A DNA stretch of 64,000 nucleotides from Bugula neritina (lineage: Eukaryota > Animalia > Bryozoa): positions 1,674,001 to 1,738,000 of the forward strand of contig CAXIUT010000230.1 of NCBI GenBank assembly GCA_964035545.1. Reading direction: 5' to 3'. Numbering within the stretch: position 1 is the first letter of the stretch; every line of letters begins with the position of its first letter. A program made the position numbers and the translations under genes. Below are positions 63,481 to 64,000 of this stretch, in pieces. The notes below the pieces were generated by a model. It made no database searches. It saw only the letters and a program-made list of their open reading frames with translations, and was not told the DNA's origin.

Positions 63481-64000
63481 ATACCTAAACATACGGCAAC
63501 ATACTAAAATACACTGTAACATATTGAAATATACTGCAACATACTGAACTACACTATAACATATTGAAATATGCTGTAGCATACTGAAATATACTGCTAC
63601 ACACTGAAGTATACTGTAATATACAGAAATGAACTGTAACATACTGTAACATACTGAAATATACGGCAACATACTGAAATGTACTGCAACATACTGAAAT
63701 ATACTGCAACAAAGTGAAACGTACTGAAATACAATGTAACATATTGAAATACACTGCGACACATTAAAACATACTACAGCACACTGAAACATACGGCAAC
63801 CTACCAAAATATACTGTGACACGTTGAAAAATACTGCAACATACTGAAATATACTGCAAGTGGTGCAACATACTGAAATACACTGTGACCCACTGAAATA
63901 CACTGCAACATACTGCAACATACTGCAACATACTGAAATACACTGTAACATATTGAAATACACTGCAACATACTGCAACATACTGAAATACACTGGAACT

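Larger units (their letters stand above)
1..64000. repeat. Tandem satellite array; degenerate 10-bp monomer organised as a 20-bp dimer (consensus ACTGAAATAT-ACTGCAACAT; minus strand ATGTTGCAGT-ATATTTCAGT)
   Basis: Every 10-base block of the window is a variant of ACTG[A/C/T]AA[T/C]A[T/C]. Orientation is the same throughout, no non-repeat insert was seen, and the array runs off both window ends. Confidence 0.99.

Noticed and set aside
1-63993. Hundreds of minus-strand ORFs (up to 321 aa, for example 3171-4136) and short + strand ORFs (for example 4143-4358, 35557-35739)
   Set aside because: They overlap in all three frames, read the same cyclic peptide, and end wherever a repeat variant creates a stop. 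The period is 10/20 bp rather than 3, and there are no recognisable domains. They were used only as alignment markers.
1-64000. CRISPR array or other repeat-spacer system
   Set aside because: There are no unique spacers; the variable blocks are mutated copies of the same 10-mer. No leader or cas genes are present.
1-64000. Telomerase-made telomeric tract
   Set aside because: Strand bias is present, but there are no G-runs. Monomers are degenerate and are copied faithfully in multi-kb blocks, which fits recombinational amplification rather than templated addition.
1-64000. Assignment to a named satellite or organism (for example alpha satellite with CENP-B box, Drosophila Prodsat, Parascaris TTGCA germline satellite)
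   Set aside because: There is no 171-bp monomer, and only the 10-bp length or a 5-bp word is shared. That is not enough to assign identity without a search.
1-64000. Embedded transposons, inversions, tRNA/rRNA genes or promoters
   Set aside because: I found no non-satellite stretch and no strand switch. TATA-like words and short palindromes (AGTATACT, ACTAGT, ATGCAT) are monomer variants.
1-64000. Fungal RIP-mutated repeat
   Set aside because: CpA/TpG dinucleotides remain very abundant and kb-scale copies are nearly identical, unlike RIP-processed duplicates.

Overview
The whole 64 kb window is one uninterrupted, single-orientation satellite DNA array. I see no genes, RNA genes, transposons or unique sequence. 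The basic unit is a degenerate 10-mer that mostly alternates between two forms to give a 20-bp consensus ACTGAAATAY-ACTGYAACAY (consensus about 45% A, 25% T, 20% C, 10% G on the + strand). Rare fixed variants reveal nested higher-order repeats (HORs). Domain 1 (1 to ~28,460) is built from ~2.4-2.9 kb units A (2456 bp), B (2861 bp) and C (2611 bp, with 2451 and 2441 bp deletion forms). These give 5317, 4907 and 2611 bp periods. Domain 2 (~28,460 to ~63,480) is a related but distinct mosaic with ~1.95 kb, 2947 bp, 689 bp and 7168 bp tandem periods, plus 10.1, 13.4 and 21.5 kb long-range duplications. All rearrangements I could map preserve the 10-bp register. The many minus-strand ORFs are by-products of a consensus that has no stop codon on that strand. 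The array is probably eukaryotic heterochromatin and possibly centromeric, but organism and function cannot be determined from this sequence. Breakpoint coordinates were mapped by eye and are approximate.
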